Notes: a model not told the origin generated them from the sequence alone. DNA of 60,494 nt from a bacterium (GCA_029558735.1 JAKQDP010000038.1:1-60494), one strand, 5' to 3'; counted from the stretch's first letter, positions 30,296 through 41,537 are shown. Numbers and translations are program-made.

Positions 30296-31045
30296 TTATT
30301 CAAAAAATATTTTTAAAAACCACATTAAAACCAAAGCCGCTCCGAAAACCACAAAATTCAATAATGAATTGGCAATCTTTTTTGTTTGGTGCAATTCAGG
30401 CACTAAATCAGAAGCGGCGATATAAATAAATCCACCGGCCGCTAACGGTAATAAAAAATCTTCGATTGACAGATTATAATAATAGAAAATAAAAGCGACT
30501 ATCACACCGGCAAAGCTTAACAGCGCGGAAATGAAATTGTAGACCAAGGCCTTGAAACGGCTGAATCCGGAATAAACCAAGACACCGAAATCGCCCAATT
30601 CTTGGGGAATCTCATGAAAAATTATTGATAATAACACCGGCCCGCCCAATAATGGCCCGACACTGAAAGCGGCGAATATCACCATGCCGTCAATAAAATT
30701 ATGAACACCGTCCCCCACTAAATTAAGCCAGCCCAAATGAGCATGGGTGTCGCAATGCCCCTTGTGGCAATGATGCCAACGCAATATTCTTTCCAAGAAA
30801 AAAAACAGGCAAAAGCCGGCAACCACATAAACAAACAACTGCAAGCTATCATTGCTAGCCTCAAGCTGTTCAGGTAAGATATGAAAAAAAGCTCCGCCCA
30901 TCAGACTGCCGGCGGCGAAAGATACCAATATAATTAATGCCTTATCTAAGATATTTTTGCTGAATATCAAACCGATTACCCCTACCAAAGACGCCAAACT
31001 GACCACCAAAACAGCCAATAAAGACAAAATTAAATTATTACTCAT
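30296..31045 (-). CDS. ZIP family metal transporter
   Basis: HHCH loop, DGVHNFIDG and HEIPQELGD motifs. Confidence 0.93.
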   Translation of the reverse strand: MSNNLILSLLAVLVVSLASLVGVIGLIFSKNILDKALIILVSFAAGSLMGGAFFHILPEQLEASNDSLQLFVYVVAGFCLFFFLERILRWHHCHKGHCDTHAHLGWLNLVGDGVHNFIDGMVIFAAFSVGPLLGGPVLLSIIFHEIPQELGDFGVLVYSGFSRFKALVYNFISALLSFAGVIVAFIFYYYNLSIEDFLLPLAAGGFIYIAASDLVPELHQTKKIANSLLNFVVFGAALVLMWFLKIFFE

Positions 31046-31081
31046 ATCTAATATTCTACCAATAAAAAAGAAAGCTGGCAA

Positions 31082-32122
31082 TCAATCGTTTTTCCTCTCC
31101 AGTTTGGAGCCGCAAACCGGACAAACCGTCTCTTGGCAGGGACGGCTGCGCTGATGGCTTTGTTTATGACCGCATTTAGGACAAAAGCACTGGCCGCCCG
31201 GTCCGGAACCGGACAATTTACTGCCCCAACGCCTAAGAAAACCGCGGCCGATATTTTTCTGCTGGGCAGAAACCTGCAAATCTAAAGACTTTATCCGCAA
31301 AACCACCTGGCTCAACTGGGGAATTTCTGCCAATAATTTCTTTTCTAAAACCTCCATCAAAGAAGTGGCCCGATTAATATTTTCATTGGCTCGGCATAAT
31401 AGAGATATCTCGCCATAAGTGTTCAGGCCAATTTTTCTGGTTTTTATTTCCGAAAAGGATATGCCGTCGCCTTCCAAGATATTTTTTATTTCCGCCTCTA
31501 CTTTTGGATCATACTTATCAACCAGTGAGTCAACTGATTCACCAATGATATGCCAACCCTCATAAAACACATAAACCGAAACACCAATGGCCAAAAGACT
31601 GTCCAGCCAAGAAAAATAACCGACCAGCAACAAACCGATAAACACTACCACCGAAGAAATGGCATCAGCCCGAGAATGTTCGGCATCAGACAACAAAGCC
31701 AAAGATGAATCTCTTTGGCCAACCCGAAACTTCAGTCTGGCCATAATCTCATTAATAATAACAGTAGATAAAATCAACCCGGCGCCCAATAAGGAAAACC
31801 TCACCTGATGCGCGCCGGAAAGAATATTAACAACCGCTTCCCACAGTATCAAAATGGCCGAGACAAACAATAAAAGCACAATTACAAAAGCGGCCAAGCT
31901 TTCATATTTTTCATAGCCGTATTGGTGCTGCTGGTCCGCCGGTTTGGCGGCGGTCTTAATGCCAAAAAAGGCGACTGCCGAAGACAACACATCCAATCCG
32001 GAATGTATGGCATCGGCAATAATGGCCATACTGCCGCTAAACAGTCCAACGGCCAATTTGGAAACTGCCAATATTAAATTAACCGCCACTGACAATAATG
32101 ATGTTTGTTTGGCGCTCATCAT
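31082..32122 (-). CDS. Cation diffusion facilitator with C-terminal Cys-rich extension
   Basis: ADAIHSGLD, KPAD..H.YG..K.E and DAEHSRAD motifs; tail C.CPKCG...C....CPVCG. Confidence 0.92.
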   Translation of the reverse strand: MMSAKQTSLLSVAVNLILAVSKLAVGLFSGSMAIIADAIHSGLDVLSSAVAFFGIKTAAKPADQQHQYGYEKYESLAAFVIVLLLFVSAILILWEAVVNILSGAHQVRFSLLGAGLILSTVIINEIMARLKFRVGQRDSSLALLSDAEHSRADAISSVVVFIGLLLVGYFSWLDSLLAIGVSVYVFYEGWHIIGESVDSLVDKYDPKVEAEIKNILEGDGISFSEIKTRKIGLNTYGEISLLCRANENINRATSLMEVLEKKLLAEIPQLSQVVLRIKSLDLQVSAQQKNIGRGFLRRWGSKLSGSGPGGQCFCPKCGHKQSHQRSRPCQETVCPVCGSKLERKND

Positions 32123-32126
32123 ATCT

Positions 32127-32402
32127 TTATTGAATTATTTCAATCGCTTTGCCCTCTACCAACGCTTGAGCCACTTTTTTGTTGGCCGAAGCCAAAATGC
32201 GCTGAAAAGTGCTTTGCGAGGTATTCATTTGTTTGGCCGCTTCAATCTGCTCTAAACCAAGTTCATATTTCAAACGCAAAGCTTCCAATTCCTCATGGCT
32301 CAAAATAACCACCTCAAGCTGCCTCAAGGGAATGCCTTGAGGCTTAAAAAATTTAACTTGAGGATTAAAAGCTATTCGACGGCACAATCTTGGTCTGGTC
32401 AT
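32127..32402 (-). CDS. DUF134 family predicted DNA-binding protein
   Basis: RPR.CR.I..FKP.G..ELEALRL..Q.EAA..M.TS..TFQRIL..A..KVA.ALV.G. Confidence 0.88.
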   Translation of the reverse strand: MTRPRLCRRIAFNPQVKFFKPQGIPLRQLEVVILSHEELEALRLKYELGLEQIEAAKQMNTSQSTFQRILASANKKVAQALVEGKAIEIIQ

Positions 32403-32405
32403 AAT

Positions 32406-32645
32406 TTATTTCCCCTTCTTCAGGCTGGCGATCTGCTGGTCAATCGACTGCATTTCTTCGGACAATAGTTTTTTCTCATTCTCCAATTCCTCAACGCCAT
32501 AAGCGCGATTTTGGCCTTGGCCGTAAAAAAAACGACCGCCCCAGCCGCGACCGCGGCCCCAAGCCATACCTCGACCGCAAGGACCAAGTCCTTGACCGGT
32601 CATCGGACCTTGGCCCATCGGGCCGGTACCATTAAATCCTGGCAT
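32406..32645 (-). CDS. DUF5320 family Gly-rich small protein
   Basis: MPGFNGTGPMGQGPMTG.G.GPC N-terminus and C-terminal coiled coil. Confidence 0.85.
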   Translation of the reverse strand: MPGFNGTGPMGQGPMTGQGLGPCGRGMAWGRGRGWGGRFFYGQGQNRAYGVEELENEKKLLSEEMQSIDQQIASLKKGK

Positions 32646-32667
32646 ATTATTTAATTTATGAATTATA

Positions 32668-32701
32668 TTATGAGTATATACCCATAACTAAAGTTTGTCA
32701 A
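32668..32701 (-). promoter_or_regulatory. Promoter with overlapping 20-bp palindromic operator
   Basis: Minus strand TTGACA-17 bp-TATACT; TTATGAGTAT/ATACCCATAA palindrome (9 of 10 arm match) covers the -10 box. Confidence 0.75.
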
Positions 32702-32717
32702 GCCATAAATCCAATTA

Positions 32718-32746
32718 TTGACAAATATATTAAAATATGATATAAT
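32718..32746 (+). promoter_or_regulatory. Consensus sigma70 promoter for the large surface protein
   Basis: TTGACA-17 bp-TATAAT, exact consensus. Confidence 0.8.
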
Positions 32747-32809
32747 TATATATTAACCATAAAAATTCTAAATAAAATAATTATTATCTAAATTTAAACA
32801 AAAAATAAT

Positions 32810-35533
32810 ATGAATAAACACAACCTTAAGCCAATAATTATCCTGCCCATAACTATCACGGCTTTTTTCTTTGGTTTATTTTTGCCGGTCCAAAACGCTT
32901 TTGCCGGCAATATTCCCCTGTTAATTAAATCGCCTAATGACAATGCCATTTATTTTGTCAGCGAAAGCTTAAACGCCAAAAAGCTGATTAACAGTGAAAC
33001 CGTTTTTTTGTCTTACGGTGATAAGTGGGAATGGGTCAAAACCGTCCCCCAATCCACCATCCAATCTTATCGCGATGTCCGACTGGTAAAAACTAGTGAC
33101 AGCAATAATGTTTATTATATTTTTAACGGCGCTAAACGGCTGGTTCCCTCGCCGGAAGTCTTTAAGTCTTTAGGCTTTAATTGGAATGAAATTCTGACTA
33201 TCAACCAAATCGATCTGGACAGTTACCGCCCTGAAGCGCCCCTGGGCGCCGGTATGAGTATTTCCGGCGACAGCCAAATTGCCACCAGCCACTTGGCTGT
33301 TTCCTTAGTCGATGAACAATTGCCTACGGTGGTGGTGCCGGACAATGTCTGGTTTAATTTTACTAAAATAAAATTTACCGCTACCGGCAATCAGCCAATT
33401 TTTATCAACGGCCTGACTATTAATCTCTACGGTTTAAATAACGGCGACCAGCAAATCGGCGAAATTTATCTTACAGATATCAATGACCGGCCCATCGGCC
33501 AACCTCAGATATTTCGCGGCCGGCGAGCCACTTTCAATCTGGCCAGTGAACCAATAATGATCCCAGCCGGCCAGAGCCAAATAATCAAAGTCTGGACCAG
33601 CGCTAAACTGCCCAACATCTATGTTGGTTTCGGCTTGGAAACGGCGGACTTCATTTATACCACCGCCCAAATTAGCGGCCAATTCCCTATCAAGGGCTAC
33701 CAATACCGTATTGTTGACCGCACCGGCCTGGCCGGCCAGGCCACTATAGAAGCGTTGGAAATTTCCAGTCAGATGCGGGAAGTGGTCATCGGCGCCGACA
33801 ATCAAATCATTACCAAATTCAGAATATTGGAAACCTCCCAACAACAGAATATCCTGCTTAAAAAAATAATCCTAACTGCCAAAGGCAATTTTGATAATGA
33901 CAATTTAACCAATATCGACCTAGTGGACGAACGCAACCGAGTCTTGGCGACTGCGCCGCAAATGATTGGCGGCCAAGTAATTTTCGACCTTAGCGCCAAG
34001 CCGCTCAAGATTGAAGCCGGCCGCTTTGCGACCGTCTCCGTTCGCGGCGACTTTAAGGGTGGCCGGGACCAGTCATTGCAATTGGTTATCAACAGCCAAA
34101 ATGATCTCTGGCTTGAAAACGAAGAATCTGGTTGGCGACTACTGGCCCAAAATGATTTCCCTGTTGGCTTAACTGGCGGTACGACTTTTAATAAAGTCAA
34201 GCCGGTTAGTCGACCGGCCTCGCTTTATGCCAGCTATTCCGGCCAAACCGGCGATATTGTTGCCGGCAGTCGCGATGCCAAGCTGGGCGCCTTCACTATT
34301 AAGGCCACCGGCGAAGAATTGGAGTTTAATGGTTTTGCCTTGAAAATCAACCGCGGCGGTCAATACCCGCTGATCGGCCACCTTATTGTTAAGCTTAACG
34401 GCGAAACTATTGCTGATTATTATGCCCGCGATTTTGCCGATAAATTCAACCGCATTAATTTTGAAAAAGATGTCCGCTTGACGGAAAACCGCACCTATCA
34501 ATTTGAAATCTTGGGCAGCGTTGATGACCGCGCCAGTAATCTTGACTCTTACCAATTAACTTTTGCCAATTTTAACTTACGTAACGATAATCATGATTAT
34601 TTTGGCGATAACTTAGAAATTAACAGCCCCACTATCCGCGTTAAAACAGTCGAAGCCAAAATAACACTCAATAACAAATACGAAAGTTTCGCGGTGATTG
34701 CCGACCGTGACAAACAGCTTATCGGCAGCTTTAATCTGGCCGTTGGCGCCGCCGAAGATGTGGAAATCACCAGCGCCAGCATTGCCAATTTAAGCGGCAA
34801 TTATTTCTATGACAAATTATATTTGAAAATCGGCAACCGACTGGTGGCCACATTGGACAATCCCCTGTCCTCGCCTCATATTTTCACCCTGACCAAACCG
34901 TATAAACTGTCACGCGGTAAAACCTACCAACTTAATGTTTATGCCGACATCGCGCCTGACGCTCACGGGGACCAAACCGCTTTAAGTGTTGTCGACCTCA
35001 CCTTGGCCGGCAAAAATTCCCAAGTCGCCGCCGAGCTGACCAATTTACCGCTTGATGGCCAACCAATATTATCGCTGGTTTCCAGTATCGATTTAAACCA
35101 AGAACCAACCAACACCACTATCGTTGCCGGCGAAAAAAACCAATCAATCGCCAAACTGACCATTACTAATAACTCGGCGGAAAAAGTAAAAATCAAAGAA
35201 ATTTATGTTTATCAAACTCCGGATTCTGACGAGTTTTCCTATGACAGCGGGTTCAGCAACCTGCAGCTGGTCTTAAGCGACAATCAGCGCAAACGGATTG
35301 GCAAAAAAGTCAGCAAACCAATTTTTGGTGGCAATAATCTAGGGGGCTTTAATTTGAACCCCTTCGAAAGCCTGACCTTAAACTTAATGGTTGACACTTC
35401 ACTGGCAGCAGGCAATAAAACCATCGAGCTAACCATCCAAGACATCATCGGCTATGGCTATACTTCCAAACAGAACCTGCCGATAAATGTGTCCGGCGAC
35501 AGCAACTCGATCAATATCAATCACCTGGATTAA
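32810..35533 (+). CDS. Large secreted surface/S-layer-like protein with repeated beta-sandwich modules
   Basis: Signal peptide, two N-terminal LIK..VYY...KR...F...G..W repeats, then beta-rich repeated modules. Confidence 0.72.
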   Translation: MNKHNLKPIIILPITITAFFFGLFLPVQNAFAGNIPLLIKSPNDNAIYFVSESLNAKKLINSETVFLSYGDKWEWVKTVPQSTIQSYRDVRLVKTSDSNNVYYIFNGAKRLVPSPEVFKSLGFNWNEILTINQIDLDSYRPEAPLGAGMSISGDSQIATSHLAVSLVDEQLPTVVVPDNVWFNFTKIKFTATGNQPIFINGLTINLYGLNNGDQQIGEIYLTDINDRPIGQPQIFRGRRATFNLASEPIMIPAGQSQIIKVWTSAKLPNIYVGFGLETADFIYTTAQISGQFPIKGYQYRIVDRTGLAGQATIEALEISSQMREVVIGADNQIITKFRILETSQQQNILLKKIILTAKGNFDNDNLTNIDLVDERNRVLATAPQMIGGQVIFDLSAKPLKIEAGRFATVSVRGDFKGGRDQSLQLVINSQNDLWLENEESGWRLLAQNDFPVGLTGGTTFNKVKPVSRPASLYASYSGQTGDIVAGSRDAKLGAFTIKATGEELEFNGFALKINRGGQYPLIGHLIVKLNGETIADYYARDFADKFNRINFEKDVRLTENRTYQFEILGSVDDRASNLDSYQLTFANFNLRNDNHDYFGDNLEINSPTIRVKTVEAKITLNNKYESFAVIADRDKQLIGSFNLAVGAAEDVEITSASIANLSGNYFYDKLYLKIGNRLVATLDNPLSSPHIFTLTKPYKLSRGKTYQLNVYADIAPDAHGDQTALSVVDLTLAGKNSQVAAELTNLPLDGQPILSLVSSIDLNQEPTNTTIVAGEKNQSIAKLTITNNSAEKVKIKEIYVYQTPDSDEFSYDSGFSNLQLVLSDNQRKRIGKKVSKPIFGGNNLGGFNLNPFESLTLNLMVDTSLAAGNKTIELTIQDIIGYGYTSKQNLPINVSGDSNSININHLD

Positions 35534-35611
35534 ATATCATTTTACACCACCCCGCGCTCAAGCGCGGTGTGGTTTTTTTATTATTAAATCAATATCTGCT
35601 ATAATATCATT

Positions 35612-36487
35612 ATGGACAAGCAATTAATCATTTTGCCTTTCGATCATCGCCATTCATTCTTGCGCGATATTTTAGGCTTAAAAAAAAATCCTTCCTGGCG
35701 CCAAAAGAAACAAGTCACTGCTTTGAAACAAATAATTTTTGACGCTTTTTTATTAGCCGCTAAAAACTGCCGCCAGCCCCAAAACTTGGCAATCTTAATT
35801 GACGAGGAGTATGGCGCCAAAATCATCAAACAGGCCCAAAAACGAAAAATAAAAATTTGTCTGCCAGTGGAAAAAAGCGGCCAAGACGAGTTCGATTTCA
35901 ATTACAGTGAAAAATTTTCCAGCCATATCACTAAAATCAAGCCAGATTATGTCAAAGCGCTAGTAAGATATAATCCGTTGGAAAAAGAAAAAAACAAACG
36001 CCAGCTTAGCAAGCTAAAAAAATTAAGCGATTGGTGCCGGCAAAAACATTATCCACTGATTTTGGAGCTACTGGTCCCGCCGACCGACCAAGACCTCAAA
36101 TTAGCCGGCTCCAGAAAACAATACGACCAAAAACTGCGTGGCCGGCGGACCATTGCCGCTATTAAAGAAATAAGAAAAGCCCTCACAATCGCCCTTTGGA
36201 AGCTGGAGGGATACGATGATGAATTATCTTGCCGACAAATCACTCACGCCGTCGGCCCTCGGGAAAAAATTATCATTTTAGGCCGCGGCGAAAATAAAAG
36301 CCAAGTTGAGCGCTGGTTGAAAAACAGCAAACCGAATCAAAATGTAATCGGTTTTGCTATTGGCCGAACAATTTTTCTAAAAGCGCTCCAACAATACGTC
36401 GCCAACCCAAAAAACAAAAAACAAACCACTGAAATTATTGCCAAGAATTTTCTTCATTTCATCAATTACTGGGAAAATATTAAATAA
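35612..36487 (+). CDS. DUF2090 (IolC-associated, aldolase-like TIM barrel) protein
   Basis: ILPFDHR, KALVRYNP, WKLEG, ILGRG and GFAIGRTIF motifs. Confidence 0.82.
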   Translation: MDKQLIILPFDHRHSFLRDILGLKKNPSWRQKKQVTALKQIIFDAFLLAAKNCRQPQNLAILIDEEYGAKIIKQAQKRKIKICLPVEKSGQDEFDFNYSEKFSSHITKIKPDYVKALVRYNPLEKEKNKRQLSKLKKLSDWCRQKHYPLILELLVPPTDQDLKLAGSRKQYDQKLRGRRTIAAIKEIRKALTIALWKLEGYDDELSCRQITHAVGPREKIIILGRGENKSQVERWLKNSKPNQNVIGFAIGRTIFLKALQQYVANPKNKKQTTEIIAKNFLHFINYWENIK

Positions 36488-36499
36488 ACCAACTGAAAT

Positions 36500-36531
36500 A
36501 AATCTCGGCCCGAATGTTCGGGCCGAGATTT
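36500..36531. terminator. Bidirectional terminator
   Basis: AAATCTCGGCCCGAA-TG-TTCGGGCCGAGATTT perfect hairpin. Confidence 0.8.
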
Positions 36532-36626
36532 TATATTGATAATTAAAATTTGACTAAAGACCAGCTCATTTCACCCCCTAAAGGATTAACCAAGCTCAAC
36601 AGACTTTCTGACTTTATGGCGCGGAC

Positions 36627-38201
36627 TTATCTAATCACACAAGTACCGGTCATTTCCGGATCCTTAGGTAAGCCGACTATCTCCAAAATGGTCGGCGCCA
36701 CATCGGACAAGATACCGGCCGGCCGCATCAATGATAAATCCTCGCCTGATTGATTGGCGCTAACAAATTTCGGCGCGGCAACAATAAAAGGAACCGGGTA
36801 AATATTATGTTCCTTATCCACCTGACCGGTAGCCAAATTAAACATCTCTTCGGCGTTGCCATGGTCGCCGACAATAAAAGCAATGCCGCCCTGTTCCAAA
36901 ATCGCCGGCACCACTCTAGACAAGCACTCGTCAACCGTCTCAATGGCTTTAATGGTCGCCGACAAATTGCCGGTATGACCGACCATATCCGGATTGGCAT
37001 AATTAACGGCAATAAAGCCATATTGTTTACTCTTAATCGCCTTCAACAACTCTTTTGTCACCTCCAAAGCCGACATCTCCGGCTTTTGGTCATAACTGGT
37101 GACCGCCGGTGATGGCACCAAAATCCGCTCTTCGCCGGCAAACGGCTGCTCAATCCCCCCATTCAAGAAAAAAGTGACATGGGCATATTTTTCTGTCTCG
37201 GCAATATGCAACTGCTTGATATTATAATCGCTAAATATCTTAGCCAAAGGATTGGTGATGTGCTCCGGCTCAAACAATACCTCGGCCGGTAAATTCTGAT
37301 CGTATTCGGTAAAAGTCAGCAACATTAAATCATTAAATTTCTTGTTGGCAAATTCTTTAAAATCTTGGCCGACTAAGGCTTGGCTCAGCTGCCTGGCGCG
37401 ATCCGCCCGAAAATTAAAAAATATTACTGTATCGCCGTCGTTAATCGGGCCGACGGGTTGATTCTTTTTATTGATAATCACTGTCGGCTCAAATTCTTCG
37501 TCAAAAATATTATTAGCATACGACTGCTCAATCGCTTTAACCGGGTCACTGGCCGTCTGAGCCGCCTGACCCAAGACAATCGCCTCATAAGCTTTCTTAA
37601 TCCGGTCCCAATTGTTATTGCGGTCCATCCCGTAAAAGCGTCCGCCAAGGGAAGCAATTTCGCCGGTTTTTTCTTTTTTGCATAAACGAAGCAATTGAAC
37701 CATAAAATCCTTGCCGGCATCGCGGGCGCTGTCACGGCCGTCTAAAAAAAGATGCAAATAAACCCGCTTGTTGATCTTAGCGGTCCGGGCAAAGTTTATC
37801 AGCGCCTCCAGGTGATCTTGGGAACTGTGAACCCCGCCCTTGCCAATCAGACCAATTAAATGCAGGGCGCCTTTATTTTTTTTGATTCGCCCAATTACCC
37901 CCTCCAGGGGAGGCAATTTAAAAAATTGACCAGTGGAAATTGATTTGTCTATCCGGGGCAGGCTCTGATAACGCAGAATGCCCGAGCCAATGGTCAAGTG
38001 CCCGACTTCACTGTTGCCCACTTCACCCCACGGCAAACCAACCGCTTCACTTGAGGCCTCTAATAATACCGTCGGATAAGTAGCCACCAGTGAATCGATA
38101 AAGGGCTTTTTGGCCAGACTAACAGCATTGGATTTGCTCTGAGGCGCAATACCAAAACCGTCCAACACAATTAGGGCGACTGGAAAAAAATTCAAAGCCA
38201 T
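36627..38201 (-). CDS. gpmI: 2,3-BPG-independent phosphoglycerate mutase
   Basis: LDGFG, GNSEVGH, AETEKYAHVT, NPDMVGH and DHGNAE motifs. Confidence 0.96.
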   Translation of the reverse strand: MALNFFPVALIVLDGFGIAPQSKSNAVSLAKKPFIDSLVATYPTVLLEASSEAVGLPWGEVGNSEVGHLTIGSGILRYQSLPRIDKSISTGQFFKLPPLEGVIGRIKKNKGALHLIGLIGKGGVHSSQDHLEALINFARTAKINKRVYLHLFLDGRDSARDAGKDFMVQLLRLCKKEKTGEIASLGGRFYGMDRNNNWDRIKKAYEAIVLGQAAQTASDPVKAIEQSYANNIFDEEFEPTVIINKKNQPVGPINDGDTVIFFNFRADRARQLSQALVGQDFKEFANKKFNDLMLLTFTEYDQNLPAEVLFEPEHITNPLAKIFSDYNIKQLHIAETEKYAHVTFFLNGGIEQPFAGEERILVPSPAVTSYDQKPEMSALEVTKELLKAIKSKQYGFIAVNYANPDMVGHTGNLSATIKAIETVDECLSRVVPAILEQGGIAFIVGDHGNAEEMFNLATGQVDKEHNIYPVPFIVAAPKFVSANQSGEDLSLMRPAGILSDVAPTILEIVGLPKDPEMTGTCVIR

Positions 38202-38207
38202 AAAAAA

Positions 38208-38441
38208 TTATTGGTTACCGGCTTCAAAAATACTTTTAATCTTCGCTTCTGTTTCCGCCAACTCTTCGATGATTTGCTTTTTTCGATAAGCGTCGGCTTC
38301 TTTCTCGTAGTTGACAACCTGGAGGTTGTAATCATAAATAACATCCGTGAGGAGCGGCAGTAACTTGGCTTTTTGATCGGCGTCAGTAACGCCATGGTCC
38401 TGAAAAAACGATTCAATCGTTTTTTGAGAAAAATCACTCAT
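38208..38441 (-). CDS. Small hypothetical helical protein
   Basis: 77-aa ORF tightly packed between the response regulator and gpmI. Confidence 0.6.
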   Translation of the reverse strand: MSDFSQKTIESFFQDHGVTDADQKAKLLPLLTDVIYDYNLQVVNYEKEADAYRKKQIIEELAETEAKIKSIFEAGNQ

Positions 38442-38445
38442 CTGC

Positions 38446-38832
38446 TTAAGTTAAATATTTTTTAGTTTTCTCCACAATATCATTAATGGCAAAATTGCTC
38501 TTAATCAAATAATCTTTAGCGCCAAGTTGTTTGGCTTTGGCAATGTCGCTATCCTGCCCCAGATTGGACATCACCACCATGTTAATCTTTTTAGTCGCTG
38601 GATTTTTTTTAATTTCCTCCAGCGCCTCGAAACCGTTTTTTATCGGCATAATGATATCCAACAAGATTAATTGGGGTTGCTCGCTGACGGCTTTCTTAAC
38701 CGCTTCGGCGCCGTCTTTGGCTAAAACCACCTGATAGCCACGCCGAATCGGCTTGTTCATCAGTACCGAAGATAATGACTTATCATCTTCGGCTAAAAGT
38801 ATTTTTGCTCCCGGTGTCGGTTGTTTGGCCAT
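38446..38832 (-). CDS. Single-domain response regulator (CheY-like)
   Basis: ILLAEDD, LLDIIMP, SNL and DYLIK motifs. Confidence 0.92.
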   Translation of the reverse strand: MAKQPTPGAKILLAEDDKSLSSVLMNKPIRRGYQVVLAKDGAEAVKKAVSEQPQLILLDIIMPIKNGFEALEEIKKNPATKKINMVVMSNLGQDSDIAKAKQLGAKDYLIKSNFAINDIVEKTKKYLT

Positions 38833-39019
38833 AACTCTTAATTAATTTTTAAAACCAATATTATTTTATCAGCTGTTTTATCTAAAAAATCGATTTTACC
38901 CCTGAATCCCCTCTCGCCCAATCCTAACTTCGTTGCCGTAATTGGTCAAAATAATCGCCCATCGCGCCAAGGGATATGCTTAAGTGCCATTTTATTGGTC
39001 TATAATCATTATACAACAA

Positions 39020-41330
39020 CTAGCCTGGGCCGGCTAATCCCTTCTCGCCTTTTATCTTTTTACTGCCAGATAATGGCAAGGAGAAATAAAAGACGCTGCC
39101 CTGGCCTTCTGTTGATTCAAACCACAACCGGCCACCGGAAATTTCCACAATCATTTTAGAAATATATAATCCCAAGCCCGAGCCTTCTGTTTCCATTTTT
39201 ATCACATTGTCGGCGCGGAAAAATTTTTCAAAAATTCGACTTTGATTAATCTTAGGTATGCCCACTCCGTTATCTTGGATGGCAAAAATCACCTCCCGTT
39301 TGTTGGTCTTTAAGATAACTGTCACAATGCCGGTTCTGGAAGCGGCTGAATACTTAATAGCATTGGAAATAAAATTGGTCACTACTTGCCGGATTAAAGA
39401 GCTGTCAATATTTATTTTTTGGTTTCAGCTTTGGGGTCTTGAAATTAATGACACAATTTTTAGACTGGGCGATCGGCTGATACTCCTTGATCACTCCCTT
39501 AATTAGGGCAATCAAATCAGTCGGCCGCGGATCAACGCTCAACCGGTCGATTTCCAGTCTCGAGACATTCAATAAATCATTGACCAAGTTCATCATCCGC
39601 TCGCTGGATTCCAAGGACTGATTGAGGTAATCCCTCTGTTGCCCGTTGAGTGTTCCCAATTCTCCGCTGGCCAATTCTTCCAATATCCAACGAATGGCGG
39701 TCAGCGGGGTCCGCAATTGATGCGAAGCGACCGAGACAAATTCTGTTTTCATCTTGTCTATCTCCCGCTCTTTGGTCACGTCACAGAAAACCACCACGCA
39801 ACCGGTAACCGCGCTAGCCGAATTTTTAATGGGCGCGGCGGAATCAGCCACCGGCAACTGACTGCCGTCCTTTCTAACAAGCAAGGTATGATTGGACATT
39901 TCCTGAATTTTGCCGGTAGTAAGGGCATTGTTAATAAACTGATCATTAACTATGCCGTCTTTTTCAAAAATAAATTTCAATACCTGGTCATACTTTTGGC
40001 CAATCGCCTCTGTGATGCTAAAACCGGACAACTGAGCGGAAATTTCATTATACATAATAATTTTCAAATCTTTATCTACCACAAATACGCCGTCACCAAT
40101 GCTGTATAAAATGGCATTAGACTTTTCTTTTTCCAAAAATGCCGCCTCTTTTTCCGCTTCGGCGTCCTCCAAAATATTCAACATCGCCGTTTATTGTTTT
40201 TCTAACGCTTTATTTTTTGCTGAATTTCTTTGGTTTGCTCGGCGACTTGCCGGTCAACCTCAGCCCGAGATTTTCTAACTTCTTTCGACATCTGGTTAAA
40301 AGCCCGGAAAAGTTCGCCGATTTCGTCCCGATCTTTCAAGCCAACCCGATAATCCCAATTGCCCCGGCCGATCTCCTTGGCGCCTAAACTCAGCTTGGAC
40401 AATGATTCCGTCACTCCCTGAGTAATCCATTGGGTAATAAAAAAATAAAAAACCACTGAAGTCAAAAAAATAAAAATTAAAAAAACCAGTAGCGCTATTG
40501 GCGCCGCCATAATTTCTCGGTTGTCAATCTTAGCCACTAGCCCCAATTCAAAATCATCAACATAACTGGAAACAGCTACCGCTTTCTGCTGACGATAATC
40601 AAAAATATTAAAAAAGACTGTCTCAACTCCAGCTAAGGCCTGAAGCATTGGCACGGACACCGCATCAAGCGACTGATCATCAAATCGCCTGGCCACCGGA
40701 TACTTAACCTCACCCGCCTCATTTCTAAAAGCTAGTACAACTTCGCCGGTCTTTCCCAGACCGATAGCGCTTTGGATGATTTGCGACAATTTATCAATAT
40801 TGACCACGCTAATGCCCAACGCCACCAACTTCCCATTGTTAAAAATCGGCCCGGAAACGAAAATCTTATAAACACCGTCTTCCTCGACAAAATAAATGCC
40901 ATTATCTTTTAGGCCACCAGTAAAAAATTTTTATCCGCCACCTCGCGGCCGATAAATCGGCTATCGGTGGGAGCGATTATCCGGCCATTCAAATCAATTA
41001 TGCATACTCTCTCAAATTCTCTGATTGGTTCCTTGGCGTCGCTAATAATCTTAATAATTTCCGCCCGGACTGCCTCAGCCGGCTGGTCTCGATAACTGGC
41101 AATCAATTTTCTCAACTGTGTCCGACTGCTGATCAACTTAAATCTCTCTATATTCTGATTAAGATAAGTCGCAACATGTTCGGCGTGCGATTCAGCCGCC
41201 GACTTAAGTAAAGCCACTGATTCTTGGCTGATTGACGAAAAAGAAAACCAACCGACGACTAAAATAATCAACGCCATCAATACAAAAAAGGGGAGAAAAA
41301 AGCCAGATTGATTTTATTCCTAATTCTCAT
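39020..41330 (-). pseudogene. Sensor histidine kinase (Cache-like/HAMP/PAS/HisKA/HATPase) broken into at least four ORFs
   Basis: Collinear fragments: 40909-41280 (extracellular), 40202-40828 (HAMP, DEIGEL), 39405-40184 (PAS plus SHQLRTPL), 39020-39382 (NAIKYS, DNGVG, GSGLGL); breaks fall at A/T runs, plus an in-frame TAA. Confidence 0.85.
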
Positions 41331-41336
41331 AAAAAA

Positions 41337-41537
41337 TTATTTCACCAAATTTAACAGCGCTTTAGCTATCTTCATGTGTTTGACCTCATCATTCCTAATC
41401 TGACTAATTATTTTCCGAGCCTTATCGTCTTTGAGGGTAGTCAGAAAATCATCATAAAGCTCCTTCGCCTGTTTTTCCAATAAATACAAATCCGACATCA
41501 TTTTAATCAGCCGATTTTTGTTTTTTATTTCGTTCAT
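41337..41537 (-). CDS. Small ferritin/rubrerythrin-like helical protein
   Basis: E..A..LY and IRNDEVKH (DExxH) half-ferritin pattern. Confidence 0.6.
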   Translation of the reverse strand: MNEIKNKNRLIKMMSDLYLLEKQAKELYDDFLTTLKDDKARKIISQIRNDEVKHMKIAKALLNLVK

